This document shows positions 10,227 through 19,415 of a DNA stretch of 64,000 nucleotides, in pieces. The position numbers and the translations under genes were made by a program. The stretch's first letter is position 1. The number at the start of each line of letters is the position of its first letter. This stretch comes from an uncultured Bacteroides sp. (GTDB lineage: Bacteria; Bacteroidota; Bacteroidia; Bacteroidales; SM23-62). The stretch is from positions 3,204 to 67,203 of the forward strand of contig CAYSJH010000006.1 in NCBI GenBank assembly GCA_964431315.1, written 5' to 3'. The notes below the pieces were generated by a model, which worked only from the letters and a program-made list of their open reading frames with translations, searched no databases and had not been told where the DNA came from.

Positions 10227-10771
10227 TTGCAGCCGCAATCGAAAGTCCTCGACCCGTCGGGCTGGTACTGGTAACGGATGCGGACGGTGGCAAAGTCCGA
10301 CAGGCTTCCGGACTGGAAGGTGATCTCCCTGATCCAGATCTTGGCAAAACGTTTACCCGCGGTCTGTACCGTCCAGACCTGGTTCTCCCGGATGTTCTGG
10401 GCCAGGGGCTGGAATTCATGTGTGATTACCTCGGTGTAGTCATTAAAATAGGCTTCGGCTTCTTCGGCGGTGGAAAAGATCCCGTTCTTGTAAAAGGCAT
10501 CCACATCGTTGGAGCTGGAAAGGTCCACCGTAATGCTCTCGCCCAGTATCACATGGATGGCGGCGAGGTCAGGCAATAAGCTGCTGGTAAGGGAATAAAT
10601 GGATATCTTGCCCGTTTCGAAGGAAAACCCGTAAAAAACATAATTCTGTCCCGATTGCAGCAACTCGGAGCTCAGCAGGATCTCCCCGCTGTATTTCGGC
10701 TCCTCCTCTTTTTTCTTGCAGGACAGGCATGCCAGAACCATGCAGGCAAGCAAAATACAGGTCTTTCTCAT
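10223..10771 (-). CDS. Lipoprotein of unknown function
   Basis: 182 aa. Signal plus lipobox MRKTCILLACMVLACLSCKKKEE. No recognisable catalytic motif. Its stop codon overlaps the stop of the convergent 1166-aa gene. Confidence 0.7.
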   Translation of the reverse strand: MRKTCILLACMVLACLSCKKKEEEPKYSGEILLSSELLQSGQNYVFYGFSFETGKISIYSLTSSLLPDLAAIHVILGESITVDLSSSNDVDAFYKNGIFSTAEEAEAYFNDYTEVITHEFQPLAQNIRENQVWTVQTAGKRFAKIWIREITFQSGSLSDFATVRIRYQYQPDGSRTFDCGCN

Positions 10772-10782
10772 TTCCTTCTGGG

Positions 10783-12006
10783 TTAAAATGCGGCCATCAA
10801 CAGGTCGATATCCTTGGAGGGGATATCAAAATGCTTGCCAATAAAGTTGTTTGTCAGGATGCCGTTGAAAATATAAACCCCGTTTCTCACTCCGGCATCT
10901 TCTTTCAGGAAAGGTTGTATGCCGCCTGCCTCTCCCATACGCATCAGCAGGGGCGCAAATACATTGCTGATGGCGATGGATGCCGTGCGGGCGACCCGCG
11001 AAGGAAGATTGGGTACGCAATAGTGGATCACTCCGTGTTTGGTGAAAACCGGATCAAGCTGGGTCCGGCATTCCGACGTTTCGATGCAGCCCCCCTGGTC
11101 AATGCTTATATCGATGATGACCGCTCCTTTTTTCATAACCTTCACCATGTCCTCCGTAATAATGTACCGGGGATCCTGTTCGATGAGGTATATGGCGCCG
11201 ATCAACACATCAGCCGACCGGAGGGTACGTTCCATGACCTGCCGGTGAAATACTGAAGTATAGATGCGCTGGCCTATGTTGTTCTGTAACCTGCGCAACC
11301 GGTGCACGGAATTGTCAAATACCTTGACCTCGGCTCCGAGTCCCAGGGCTGCCCTTACCGCTGATTCGGCTGCGGTCCCCGCACCAAGGATAACCACTTC
11401 GGCCGGTGTGATACCGGGGATCCCCCCGAGCATGACCCCTTTACCACCCCTGCTGTTGCTCAGGTATTCCGCGGCGATCAGTATGGAGGTGTTCCCGGCG
11501 ATGGTGCTCATAGAACGGACCACCGGGTAGCAGTTATGCTCATCCTTGATGTTCTCGAAAGCGATGGCGGTGGTCCTTTTCTGGATCAGCTTATGGATGA
11601 ATTCCCTGGTCTGGTTATTCAGGTGCAGGGAGGAAATAACCGCCTGCCGCTCGCTGAGCAGATCGATTTCCTCTAGCAGCATGGGAGCGATCTTCAGGAC
11701 GATGTCCGATTTATAGATCTCCTCCCTGTTGTCGACAATATATCCCCCCAGTTCGCTGTAATCCGTATCCGAGTAATTGGCCGGGGTTCCTGCACCGGCT
11801 TCGATCCTGACCTCATGCCCCCTGGCTACAAGCTGGTCAACGGCTTCCGGGGTAAGCGCCACACGGCTTTCGATCTTCTGCGACTCCCTGGGAATTCCAA
11901 TGGTAAGCTGTTTCCTGCTTTTGCTTACCTCCAGCTTCTCTTCCTGGGGCATCAAACTGGCCTTGCCAAAGGTGAACCTTGTTCCGGAGGGATCCTGGGG
12001 ACTCAT
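10783..12006 (-). CDS. ald: Alanine dehydrogenase / PNT-alpha family NAD-dependent dehydrogenase
   Basis: 407 aa. AlaDH/PNT N-domain (IGIPRESQKIESRVALTPEAV) and NAD-binding fold (VVILGAGTAAESAVRAALGLGAEVKVFD). ATG at 12006; an alternative Met lies 18 codons downstream. Confidence 0.75.
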   Translation of the reverse strand: MSPQDPSGTRFTFGKASLMPQEEKLEVSKSRKQLTIGIPRESQKIESRVALTPEAVDQLVARGHEVRIEAGAGTPANYSDTDYSELGGYIVDNREEIYKSDIVLKIAPMLLEEIDLLSERQAVISSLHLNNQTREFIHKLIQKRTTAIAFENIKDEHNCYPVVRSMSTIAGNTSILIAAEYLSNSRGGKGVMLGGIPGITPAEVVILGAGTAAESAVRAALGLGAEVKVFDNSVHRLRRLQNNIGQRIYTSVFHRQVMERTLRSADVLIGAIYLIEQDPRYIITEDMVKVMKKGAVIIDISIDQGGCIETSECRTQLDPVFTKHGVIHYCVPNLPSRVARTASIAISNVFAPLLMRMGEAGGIQPFLKEDAGVRNGVYIFNGILTNNFIGKHFDIPSKDIDLLMAAF

Positions 12007-12083
12007 TTTTCAATTCCTTTCATTAATTGGGGTCGTCTAAAATAATATAATTCATCCGCATAGTCAATAGCCCGGGACAGAAG

Positions 12084-12503
12084 TCAGGGCATTAGCTTAA
12101 GTTCCCTGGCGCCATTCCTGCCGGAACTCATTGCCAGCCGTACGGTATCCGCCGGCAGTAAGGCTTCAGCCAGCTCGGGCCATTCCAGGAAACAGTAATC
12201 CCCGCTGTACATATATTCCTCGTAGCCGATGTCAAATGCCTCCTCCAGGGTCCTGATCCTGTAGAAATCAAAATGGTATACCGATTCGCCCCGGTCGGTA
12301 CGGTATTCATGGATCAGCCCGAAAGAAGGCGAACTGGTCACTTCACCGACCCCCAGGTTCCGGCACAATGCCTTTATGAAAGTTGTCTTTCCAACCCCCA
12401 TCTCCCCGTAAAATGCAAATACCCTGTTCCGGGGAAAGGCATCCAGCAGTTCCCGGGCAGCATCATCCAGGGCATCGGGGGACTGAATTTCAAGGCGGAA
12501 CAT
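12084..12503 (-). CDS. tsaE: tRNA t6A37 biosynthesis ATPase TsaE (YjeE)
   Basis: 139 aa. P-loop FYGEMGVGKTTFIK. Typical size and HFDFYR motif. Confidence 0.88.
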   Translation of the reverse strand: MFRLEIQSPDALDDAARELLDAFPRNRVFAFYGEMGVGKTTFIKALCRNLGVGEVTSSPSFGLIHEYRTDRGESVYHFDFYRIRTLEEAFDIGYEEYMYSGDYCFLEWPELAEALLPADTVRLAMSSGRNGARELKLMP

Positions 12504-12531
12504 TGGTGCCGGTTTATTGTTAAGTGCTGGT

Positions 12532-14085
12532 TTACTGGGGACTTAAAGTTACCAGCGGGATCAGCATTTCTTCCATTGAAACGCCTCCGTGCTGGAAGGT
12601 GTTCCGGTAATAGTTCACCATCTGGTTGTAATTATTCGGATAGACCAGGAAATCGTCCCGGGTGGCAAAAATATAGCTGGAACTGATGTGGGACTTGGGA
12701 AGGTGGATCAATTCCGGATTCCGTATCTCAAAAATTTCATCGGGATTGTAATTCAGGTTCTTGCCCTGTTTGTAACGAAGGTTGGTCGAGGTCTTGCGGT
12801 CGCCGATCACCTTTACTGGATTCTGCACCCGTATGGTGCCATGGTCGGTCGTAAGGATCACCTTGATCTGCTTGCCGGACAATTCCTTCAGGAAATCGTA
12901 CAGGTGGGAATGCTCGAACCAGGAGCGGGTCAGGGACCTGTAGGCCGGTTCATCATAGGCGAGCTCCCGGATCATGTCCATTTCTGTCCGCGCATGCGAG
13001 AGGATGTCGACAAAATTGAATATGACGGCGCTCAAATCATAATTAATCAGGTTTGCAGCCCCTTCCACCAGTTTTCTTCCCGCACGTGAGTTGTTCACCT
13101 TGTCGTAATTGACCTTTAACTGGAGACCGGCTCTCTGAAGCTGGCTTTCCAAAAGCTCCTGCTCCTTGAGGTTCTTTCCCTCTTCTTCCTCCTCATCCAC
13201 CCAGAGCGAGGGATGGAGTTTCCCGATCTCAAGCGGCATCAGTCCCGCAAACAGCGCATTCCTCGAATACTGGGTGGCCGTCGGCAAAATGCTGCAATAG
13301 ACCTCATCGGAATCCACGGTAAAATATTCCTCGACCATGGGCTGAATGCTTTTCCACTGGTCCAGGCGAAGGTTGTCGACCACAACCAGGCAAACCTTCT
13401 CCCCCTCCTTCAAGAGGGGGATGACCTTCTGCCCGATCACACCGGGAGAAAGCAGGGGTGCATCCTTGTTCTTCCCTGAAAACCAGGTATGATAATTCGT
13501 CTTGATAAACCTGGCAAAACCTGCGTTTGCATCCGTTTTCTGCATATTGAGGATCTCTTCAAGGCCGGCGTCGGTGCTCGATTCGAGTTCCAGGTCCCAG
13601 TAAGTCAGCTTCCTGAATATTTCCACCCAGTCACTGAAATGATAGGCCGTGTTAATCAGCATCTGGATCTGGGCAAATTCAGACTGGTAAACCGAGGTTG
13701 TCCTCCGGGTTATCAGCCTCTTGGTGTCGATGTTCTTCTTGATGGAGAGTAATATCTGGTTGGGTTTGACGGGTTTGATCAGGTAATCGCTGATCTTGGC
13801 CCCGATCGCCTGGTCCATGATGTCCTCCTCTTCGCTTTTGGTGATCATGACAACCGGGATCCCCGGATTAACGGTTTTAATCAGGTCCAGTGTTTCAAGC
13901 CCGCTCAATCCCGGCATGTTTTCATCCAGGAAAATCAGGTCGAAATTCTCCTCTCTCACCAGTTTTATGGCCTCATCGCCATTTCTGGCCGTCATGACGG
14001 CATAACCTTTCTCCTCCAGGAAAAGAATGAGTGGCCTCAGCAGGTCGATCTCGTCATCCGTCCATAGTATTCTAATCTCTTTCAT
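12532..14085 (-). CDS. porX: T9SS response regulator PorX (CheY receiver + PglZ/alkaline-phosphatase-superfamily domain)
   Basis: Receiver domain MKEIRILWTDDEIDLL...IFLDENMPGLSG...YLIKP followed by a long PglZ-like domain. I start at ATG 14085 (517 aa, the usual PorX size), not at the ORF-track start 14238, which would run 167 nt into sprE. Confidence 0.85.
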   Translation of the reverse strand: MKEIRILWTDDEIDLLRPLILFLEEKGYAVMTARNGDEAIKLVREENFDLIFLDENMPGLSGLETLDLIKTVNPGIPVVMITKSEEEDIMDQAIGAKISDYLIKPVKPNQILLSIKKNIDTKRLITRRTTSVYQSEFAQIQMLINTAYHFSDWVEIFRKLTYWDLELESSTDAGLEEILNMQKTDANAGFARFIKTNYHTWFSGKNKDAPLLSPGVIGQKVIPLLKEGEKVCLVVVDNLRLDQWKSIQPMVEEYFTVDSDEVYCSILPTATQYSRNALFAGLMPLEIGKLHPSLWVDEEEEEGKNLKEQELLESQLQRAGLQLKVNYDKVNNSRAGRKLVEGAANLINYDLSAVIFNFVDILSHARTEMDMIRELAYDEPAYRSLTRSWFEHSHLYDFLKELSGKQIKVILTTDHGTIRVQNPVKVIGDRKTSTNLRYKQGKNLNYNPDEIFEIRNPELIHLPKSHISSSYIFATRDDFLVYPNNYNQMVNYYRNTFQHGGVSMEEMLIPLVTLSPQ

Positions 14086-16744
14086 TTCTTTCGTAATGTT
14101 TCTGGAAGAAAAGCCAGTATTTATTCGCTGTGCGGTCCTTTTTAAGGATCTCTTCATTCCCCTGCGAAATGATGAAGAGCCTGTAATCTGAATCCCCGAG
14201 TACCTGAAAGATCTTTTCATTCCTGAAGACCTGCTCATAATAATCCCAGGCCTGCTGCATGCCCTGGAAGCGGTGGACCAGCACGGTTATCACCTTGTCC
14301 TTGAGCTCCTCGTGAACGACGTTGAAGGTCTTGTTGGGATAGAGATCCAGGTTCAAGTTAATAAATTCAAACTTAAGCTGGTTTATATCTACGTTTCCCG
14401 TAACAAACAGACCGTATGAAAATGCTCCCGCAGAATCGGCTTTGTAAATTTCTTCCGCTTCGATTTTTTGTGTTTCCGTCTTAACCTCCTTGTCCGTGTC
14501 AAGGATAAAGGCAAGGATGGATGCGGACCGCTCCGCGATCTCGGGATCGGGGGAACTTTTCGACAGGCTGTCGAGGGCATGGGTAAATACCAGTATGTCC
14601 CGGGTCTTCCCGATGGAAAGTACTTTTAAGAATTCGAACTTGGGTATGACCGGGTCCCCCTTGTACTGCATCGCAGCCTGATCCGCGTTCCGGATCACGC
14701 CGTAATAATCGCCGCGCTGGTACATGTTGTAGGTTTGTTCATAGTAATTATTCACCTCATTCTCCTTTGCCTGCAATTCCGCTATGTAATTCGGATTTGT
14801 AAGAAGCTGTGCCGGCTGGCTTTCAGGGAATTCCCTGATAATGGACTGTTTGTAGGTGTTCGCCATCGTAACGTCCTTCTCGTCCTCAAAAAGCCGGTAA
14901 AGGCTATAATAGGTGCTCAGGGTGAATCCGTTGCCGGGAAACCGGTCAAGCAGTTCCCTGTAAGTTTCTTTGGCCTTCGGATAGTCCTTCAGTTCATTTT
15001 TATATATGGTGCCGGCATTGTACAGTCCCTCTACAATCCTGGCATTCGAGATCTCGATCATCGAATCCGTCATGGGAATATCCTTCAGGTAAAATTCACG
15101 CGATTTATTGCTGAGTATTTTGGTCTTTTCCTCCAGGGCGCCGCTTGTATCACTGGCCTCGGCCACCTCTTCGGACTCGAACCTGACCTGGCTTTTATTG
15201 GCACGCCTCCAGTTGTCCTCCAGTTTCCGGTTTCCCCATTTCATCCGGAATTCGGGCTGTCCGAACCCCTTTGCAGCCTGGTTGTAAAAGTACCACTTCC
15301 CGCCCTGGTCCGCCGTGTTACTGGTTCGCTGGCTTTCATTCAGGGTCATCCGGTTGAACTGCTGGTCCTGCATCGCTGTCATCTCAAGCTCCCTGGCACG
15401 GGCCTCTTCCTTGGTGATCCGGGCAATAATGCTGTCTATCACAGCATTCCTTGCAGACTCAGGCATCCGGGCAAGTCTTTGCAGGCTGTCCTCGAGCTGG
15501 ACCACCTGGAGATTTTCGACCAGGCTTGAAAGGCTCCTTGTTTTGGCCATGATCTTATCATAATCCGGGTAATCCTGTGTCAGGGAAACCATGGCGGAAT
15601 CGTAATACAGGTCCGCCATCTCATAATTCTGCCTTTCGTAGTAAATATCGGCTATGGTCAGGCATGTAGTTGTTTTCTGCCGGGTATTGCTGACGCTGTA
15701 GACGGAGGACAGTTTATATTGAGCCAGCGCCTCATCCATATTGCCTTCCCTGAAGTACACGTTCCCCAGGGCATAATAGATCTGGTCCCTGAAGTCCCTG
15801 TTTTTATCGTCTTTCAGCATTTTTCTCAGCTCTTCCCTGATGTCCCTGGCATTGTCCGAACCTGCCACGAATACGCTGGCACGGTTGATCCTTGCATTGA
15901 AGCTCATTTCGTAGGGGGGATTCATCTTGATCACCAGCCGGTAATATTCCGAGGCCTTCTGCGGATCCCCTGCTTCCTGATGAAGCTGTGCCAGGATAAA
16001 GGACCAGCGTATTTTGTCCTCCTTCTTTTTTACCTTTTCAAGCGCCAGGGTCATGGGTTCGATGGCCCTGGCATAGTCCTCCTGCTTTATGTACAGATCC
16101 GCCTGGGTGGAATATAGCTCTGCCAGCAGGTCGGCAGGAAATCCCTGGGTGCCTGTCAGCACTTCAAGGATGTCTTCAGATTCATCATATTCCTTTAGCT
16201 CATTAAGCGTGCGGGCGATCCATATCTGCGTTTCATAAATAATGTCATCGTAAGCGTACTCGGTCATGATGAATTTAAACGTTTCAAGGGCCAGGTGGAA
16301 ATCGTGCCGGAAAAGGTAAGCCTTGCCCATGAGGAGATAATTCTGGGGGACAAATTTGTTGTATTCACTCCGGGCATAGAATGCCTTTTGTTTATCCGTC
16401 TGGGGACCCTGTTTGAATTCAGGCTTTACCGTGATGGAATGCAGGGTGATTACCTTTGTAGCCTTCTGGATGGCCCTTTCCATGTCCCCTGCGATCGAGC
16501 CTGCCGTGCTTTCATCCCCCCACAGGAAAACCGGCAGGATCCTGGTGAAATCATCTTCATGAGAGTCGTCCATCCCCTTGATCCCCTTTTTAAAGCTTTC
16601 ATTGCCGTTGAAAAAGATGTTGTACCGGGAGGTGATATTATGGTATGTCCGGGTGACCATGGTGTTTTTTTCCGTACTGCAGGCAACGAGTATTCCGAGA
16701 AGAAAGGCCGGAAGGAAGTAATATATAAGGATCCGCTGTCTCAA
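14072..16744 (-). CDS. sprE: TPR-repeat lipoprotein SprE/PorW (T9SS/gliding)
   Basis: 890 aa. Lipoprotein signal LLGILVACSTEKNT followed by TRTYHNITSRYNIFFNGNESFKKG, as at SprE N-termini. TPR-like repeats throughout. The only possible start is TTG 16744 (in-frame stop at 16760-16762). Confidence 0.8.
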   Translation of the reverse strand: MRQRILIYYFLPAFLLGILVACSTEKNTMVTRTYHNITSRYNIFFNGNESFKKGIKGMDDSHEDDFTRILPVFLWGDESTAGSIAGDMERAIQKATKVITLHSITVKPEFKQGPQTDKQKAFYARSEYNKFVPQNYLLMGKAYLFRHDFHLALETFKFIMTEYAYDDIIYETQIWIARTLNELKEYDESEDILEVLTGTQGFPADLLAELYSTQADLYIKQEDYARAIEPMTLALEKVKKKEDKIRWSFILAQLHQEAGDPQKASEYYRLVIKMNPPYEMSFNARINRASVFVAGSDNARDIREELRKMLKDDKNRDFRDQIYYALGNVYFREGNMDEALAQYKLSSVYSVSNTRQKTTTCLTIADIYYERQNYEMADLYYDSAMVSLTQDYPDYDKIMAKTRSLSSLVENLQVVQLEDSLQRLARMPESARNAVIDSIIARITKEEARARELEMTAMQDQQFNRMTLNESQRTSNTADQGGKWYFYNQAAKGFGQPEFRMKWGNRKLEDNWRRANKSQVRFESEEVAEASDTSGALEEKTKILSNKSREFYLKDIPMTDSMIEISNARIVEGLYNAGTIYKNELKDYPKAKETYRELLDRFPGNGFTLSTYYSLYRLFEDEKDVTMANTYKQSIIREFPESQPAQLLTNPNYIAELQAKENEVNNYYEQTYNMYQRGDYYGVIRNADQAAMQYKGDPVIPKFEFLKVLSIGKTRDILVFTHALDSLSKSSPDPEIAERSASILAFILDTDKEVKTETQKIEAEEIYKADSAGAFSYGLFVTGNVDINQLKFEFINLNLDLYPNKTFNVVHEELKDKVITVLVHRFQGMQQAWDYYEQVFRNEKIFQVLGDSDYRLFIISQGNEEILKKDRTANKYWLFFQKHYERNERD

Positions 16745-16751
16745 GACAACA

Positions 16752-16759
16752 CAAATGTA
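16752..16759 (-). promoter_or_regulatory. Bacteroidota -7 box-like motif TACATTTG upstream of sprE
   Basis: Exact match to TAnnTTTG on the minus strand, only 7 nt upstream of the sprE TTG start. No properly spaced -33 TTTG is seen. Confidence 0.3.
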
Positions 16760-16772
16760 TTAAACTCAAACG

Positions 16773-16800
16773 AAAAAATCCCTGCACAATTGTGCAGGGA
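16773..16800 (-). terminator. Intrinsic terminator after the nifU-like gene
   Basis: Perfect palindrome TCCCTGCACAATTGTGCAGGGA (16779-16800), followed on the minus strand by TTTTTT (16773-16778). About 40 nt downstream of the nifU-like stop. Confidence 0.8.
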
Positions 16801-16840
16801 CAGGATTAAGCATGCAGGGTTCAATGTCAGGCCTGCCGCT

Positions 16841-17089
16841 TTATTCAAGGGCCACCAGTCGCTTCATTTCGGGGACTTCCTTGAGCAGGGCCTGCTCCAC
16901 TCCGGCCTTGAGGGTCTGGTAGCTGAACGGGCAGCCTTCGCATGCCCCGTGCAGTTTCACCTTGACCACCAGGTCATCGGTTATTTCCTCAAGCGTGATG
17001 CCACCTCCGTCCGCTTCCAGGTAGGGACGTATTTTATCCAGTGCAGCATTGATCCGGATGTTCAGATCGTTTCTTTTTTCTTCCGTCAT
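16841..17089 (-). CDS. NifU-like Fe-S cluster carrier domain protein
   Basis: 82 aa. IRPYLEADGGGITLEEI...VKLHGACEGCP (CxxC), typical of the Nfu/NifU C-terminal domain. Paired with mrp. Confidence 0.88.
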   Translation of the reverse strand: MTEEKRNDLNIRINAALDKIRPYLEADGGGITLEEITDDLVVKVKLHGACEGCPFSYQTLKAGVEQALLKEVPEMKRLVALE

Positions 17090-17102
17090 GGTAAGTAATA
17101 TT

Positions 17103-18203
17103 TTACATTTTTTTTATTTCAACGATACGGGTCGGGGGCAATTCTGCGTTCCTGCGTTTTGTTTCCCGGATCATGTTCCCGGCCAGCTCTTCGAATGCCT
17201 TTGCCACGGCCGATCCTTCATTGAGGACCTCGGGTTTGCCCTCGTCGCCTCCTTCGCATATGCTCTCAACGATGGGGATCTGTCCCAGTACCGGCACCTT
17301 CAGTTTCTCCGCGAGTTTTATCCCTCCGCCATTTCCAAAGATGTAATACCTGTTTTCAGGCAGCTCGGCAGGGGTGAACCAGGCCATGTTTTCCACCAGT
17401 CCCAGTACAGGCACATTGATCTTGTCCCCCCGGAACATATTGATGCCTTTCAGGGCATCCGCCAGGGCCACCTGCTGAGGGGTCGTAACAATGACCACCC
17501 CGGTAACCGGCACTTCCTGTACCATGGTCAGATGGATGTCGCTGGTACCCGGAGGCAGGTCGATGAACAGGAAATCCAGTTCTCCCCAGCTGGTCTGGCT
17601 CATGAACTGCCTCAGGGCATTGGTCGCCATGGGACCCCTCCAGACCAAGGCATCCTCCGGGTCCACAAAAAAACCGATGGAAAGAAGCTTTACCCCGTAA
17701 CTTTCGAGCGGGATGATCATTTCCTTGCCATCCACCAGTTCAACCGAGGGACGGCGGTTTTCGGCCTTCAGCATTTTCGGGATGGAAGGCCCGTATATGT
17801 CCGCATCGATGAGCCCGACCCGGTATCCCGCCCTCGCGGTTGCAACGGCCAGGTTCACTGCAACGGTGGATTTGCCAACGCCTCCCTTGCCCGATGCCAC
17901 GGCGATGATGTTCTCAACGTCCGGGAGGATCTGTCGGGATTCGATCACCTGCCTGGCCTTGATTTCTATATTTCCTTCCACCTCAACCTTCGGGTCAAGG
18001 TATTTTTTCAGGGCCTTGACACAGGCCTTGCGGACCGATGAGATCACCGGGTCGTTTGAGCGATCGAAAACAATAGTAAACCCGAGTTTTTGGTCCTCCG
18101 ACCATATGTCGCTTATCAGTCCCAGTTCAACAATATTCCGGTCTTTCCCTGGATATTGGACCTTCTGCAATGCCGCCAGCACCTGTTCCTCCGAGAATGG
18201 CAT
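17103..18203 (-). CDS. mrp: Mrp/NBP35/ApbC family Fe-S cluster carrier ATPase
   Basis: 366 aa. N-terminal DUF59-like segment and deviant Walker A VASGKGGVGKSTVAVNLA. Confidence 0.9.
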   Translation of the reverse strand: MPFSEEQVLAALQKVQYPGKDRNIVELGLISDIWSEDQKLGFTIVFDRSNDPVISSVRKACVKALKKYLDPKVEVEGNIEIKARQVIESRQILPDVENIIAVASGKGGVGKSTVAVNLAVATARAGYRVGLIDADIYGPSIPKMLKAENRRPSVELVDGKEMIIPLESYGVKLLSIGFFVDPEDALVWRGPMATNALRQFMSQTSWGELDFLFIDLPPGTSDIHLTMVQEVPVTGVVIVTTPQQVALADALKGINMFRGDKINVPVLGLVENMAWFTPAELPENRYYIFGNGGGIKLAEKLKVPVLGQIPIVESICEGGDEGKPEVLNEGSAVAKAFEELAGNMIRETKRRNAELPPTRIVEIKKM

Positions 18204-18257
18204 GATCGTGAATAATATAATGGAATAAAAATGAGCTATAAAGATACGGATTTTTAA

Positions 18258-18641
18258 TTAGATTAATTCCGTATTGGGATCCCAGAAAAGGGTCCGGAAA
18301 TGGACCACGCAATCCTCTTCCACTTCGATGCCTTCGCTCTCGAGCAGTTCCTGCATAACTCGCGAACCTCTGAAATGGTGTTTCCCGGTCAGCATCCCGA
18401 TCCGGTTGATCACCCGGTGGGCGGGCACGTATTCCTGCTGGGTATGCGAACCGTTCATGGCCCATCCCACCATCCGGGCGGACTGGGGAGAACCGATGTA
18501 CCGGGCAATGGCACCGTAGGTGGTCACCCGTCCCGGGGGTACCATCCTTACAACCTCGTAGACCCGGAGGAAAAAATCCTTATTCTCCGTTCCCTTCCCC
18601 TTTTTTCCCGTTCGCTTCCCTTTGTTTGATGTATACATCAT
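18258..18641 (-). CDS. MGMT-family alkyltransferase-like (ATL) protein, active-site Cys replaced by Ala
   Basis: 127 aa. DNA-binding domain VPPGRVTTYGAIARYIGSPQSARMVGWAMN. Motif VPAHRVIN where active MGMTs have PCHRV. Lys-rich N-terminal tail. Confidence 0.8.
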   Translation of the reverse strand: MMYTSNKGKRTGKKGKGTENKDFFLRVYEVVRMVPPGRVTTYGAIARYIGSPQSARMVGWAMNGSHTQQEYVPAHRVINRIGMLTGKHHFRGSRVMQELLESEGIEVEEDCVVHFRTLFWDPNTELI

Positions 18642-18704
18642 GACAATTGCTTTTGCATTACAACCGGCTCAGGGCCCCGGTATGACTGAATCAAAAACTG
18701 TTCT

Positions 18705-19415
18705 TCATTTTTCTGCTTCCGGTTCAGGTTCCCCGATTGTTATATCCGCCGGCAGTTCAAATTCCAGGTAATGGATGGGAAGTCCCTTTTCGATGAACTG
18801 CTTTTCATAGTAGGTCTGTATCCCGAAACCCGCGGCTGGTTTTTCACTTCCGTAAAGATCCGCGGTTGCGGCACGCAGCGGCAATGAATTCATTTCAACC
18901 AGTTCGAGGGTATAATGGTACAGCACCGGGTTATCCGTTTTCAGGTGGAGGAGTCCCCTGTCTTTCAGGAACTCCCTGTAAGAGTTCAGGAAATGGGGCG
19001 CGGTCAGCCGTTTTTTATTTCTTCGTTTCTTCAGCTGCGGGTCCGGGAAGGTCAGCCAGATCTCGTCTATCTCATCCTTGCCAAAGAAGGAATTGATGAA
19101 TTCAATGCGGGTCCGGATGAAGGTAACATTCGGGATCCTTTCCTCCTGTGCCTGCCGGGCGCCGGTCCAGATCCTTGCCCCCTTGATGTCGATGCCGATA
19201 AAATTCCTCGCGGGAAACATGCGTGCCAGTCCCACGCTGTACTCCCCCTTGCCGCAGCCAAGTTCGAGCGTAATGGGATGGCCGTTCCTGAAATGATCCC
19301 TGCCCCATTTTCCCTTAAGCCTGAAGTCCTTCCCGAAAACCTCCTGGAACGGGGGCTGGAAGACGTTTGGGAACATCTCCATCTCTTTAAACTTGCTGAT
19401 TTTGCCCTTGCCCAC
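18705..19415 (-). CDS. trmB: tRNA (guanine46-N7)-methyltransferase
   Basis: 236 aa. N-terminus (M)GKGKISKFKEMEMFPNVFQ is typical of Bacteroidota TrmB. SAM motif LELGCGKGEY. GTG start at 19415 overlaps the gldH stop (TAGTG). Confidence 0.88.
   Translation of the reverse strand: MGKGKISKFKEMEMFPNVFQPPFQEVFGKDFRLKGKWGRDHFRNGHPITLELGCGKGEYSVGLARMFPARNFIGIDIKGARIWTGARQAQEERIPNVTFIRTRIEFINSFFGKDEIDEIWLTFPDPQLKKRRNKKRLTAPHFLNSYREFLKDRGLLHLKTDNPVLYHYTLELVEMNSLPLRAATADLYGSEKPAAGFGIQTYYEKQFIEKGLPIHYLEFELPADITIGEPEPEAEK

Noticed and set aside
12532-14238. N-terminally extended ORF-track starts: porX 14238, metG 30812, topA 54661, rfbB 38965, wbpD 35132, AKR 28359, radA 47026 and the small secreted protein 51630.
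   Set aside because: The track takes the most upstream ATG, GTG or TTG. In each case the extension overlaps the preceding gene or adds non-conserved residues ahead of a canonical family N-terminus, so I used downstream starts.
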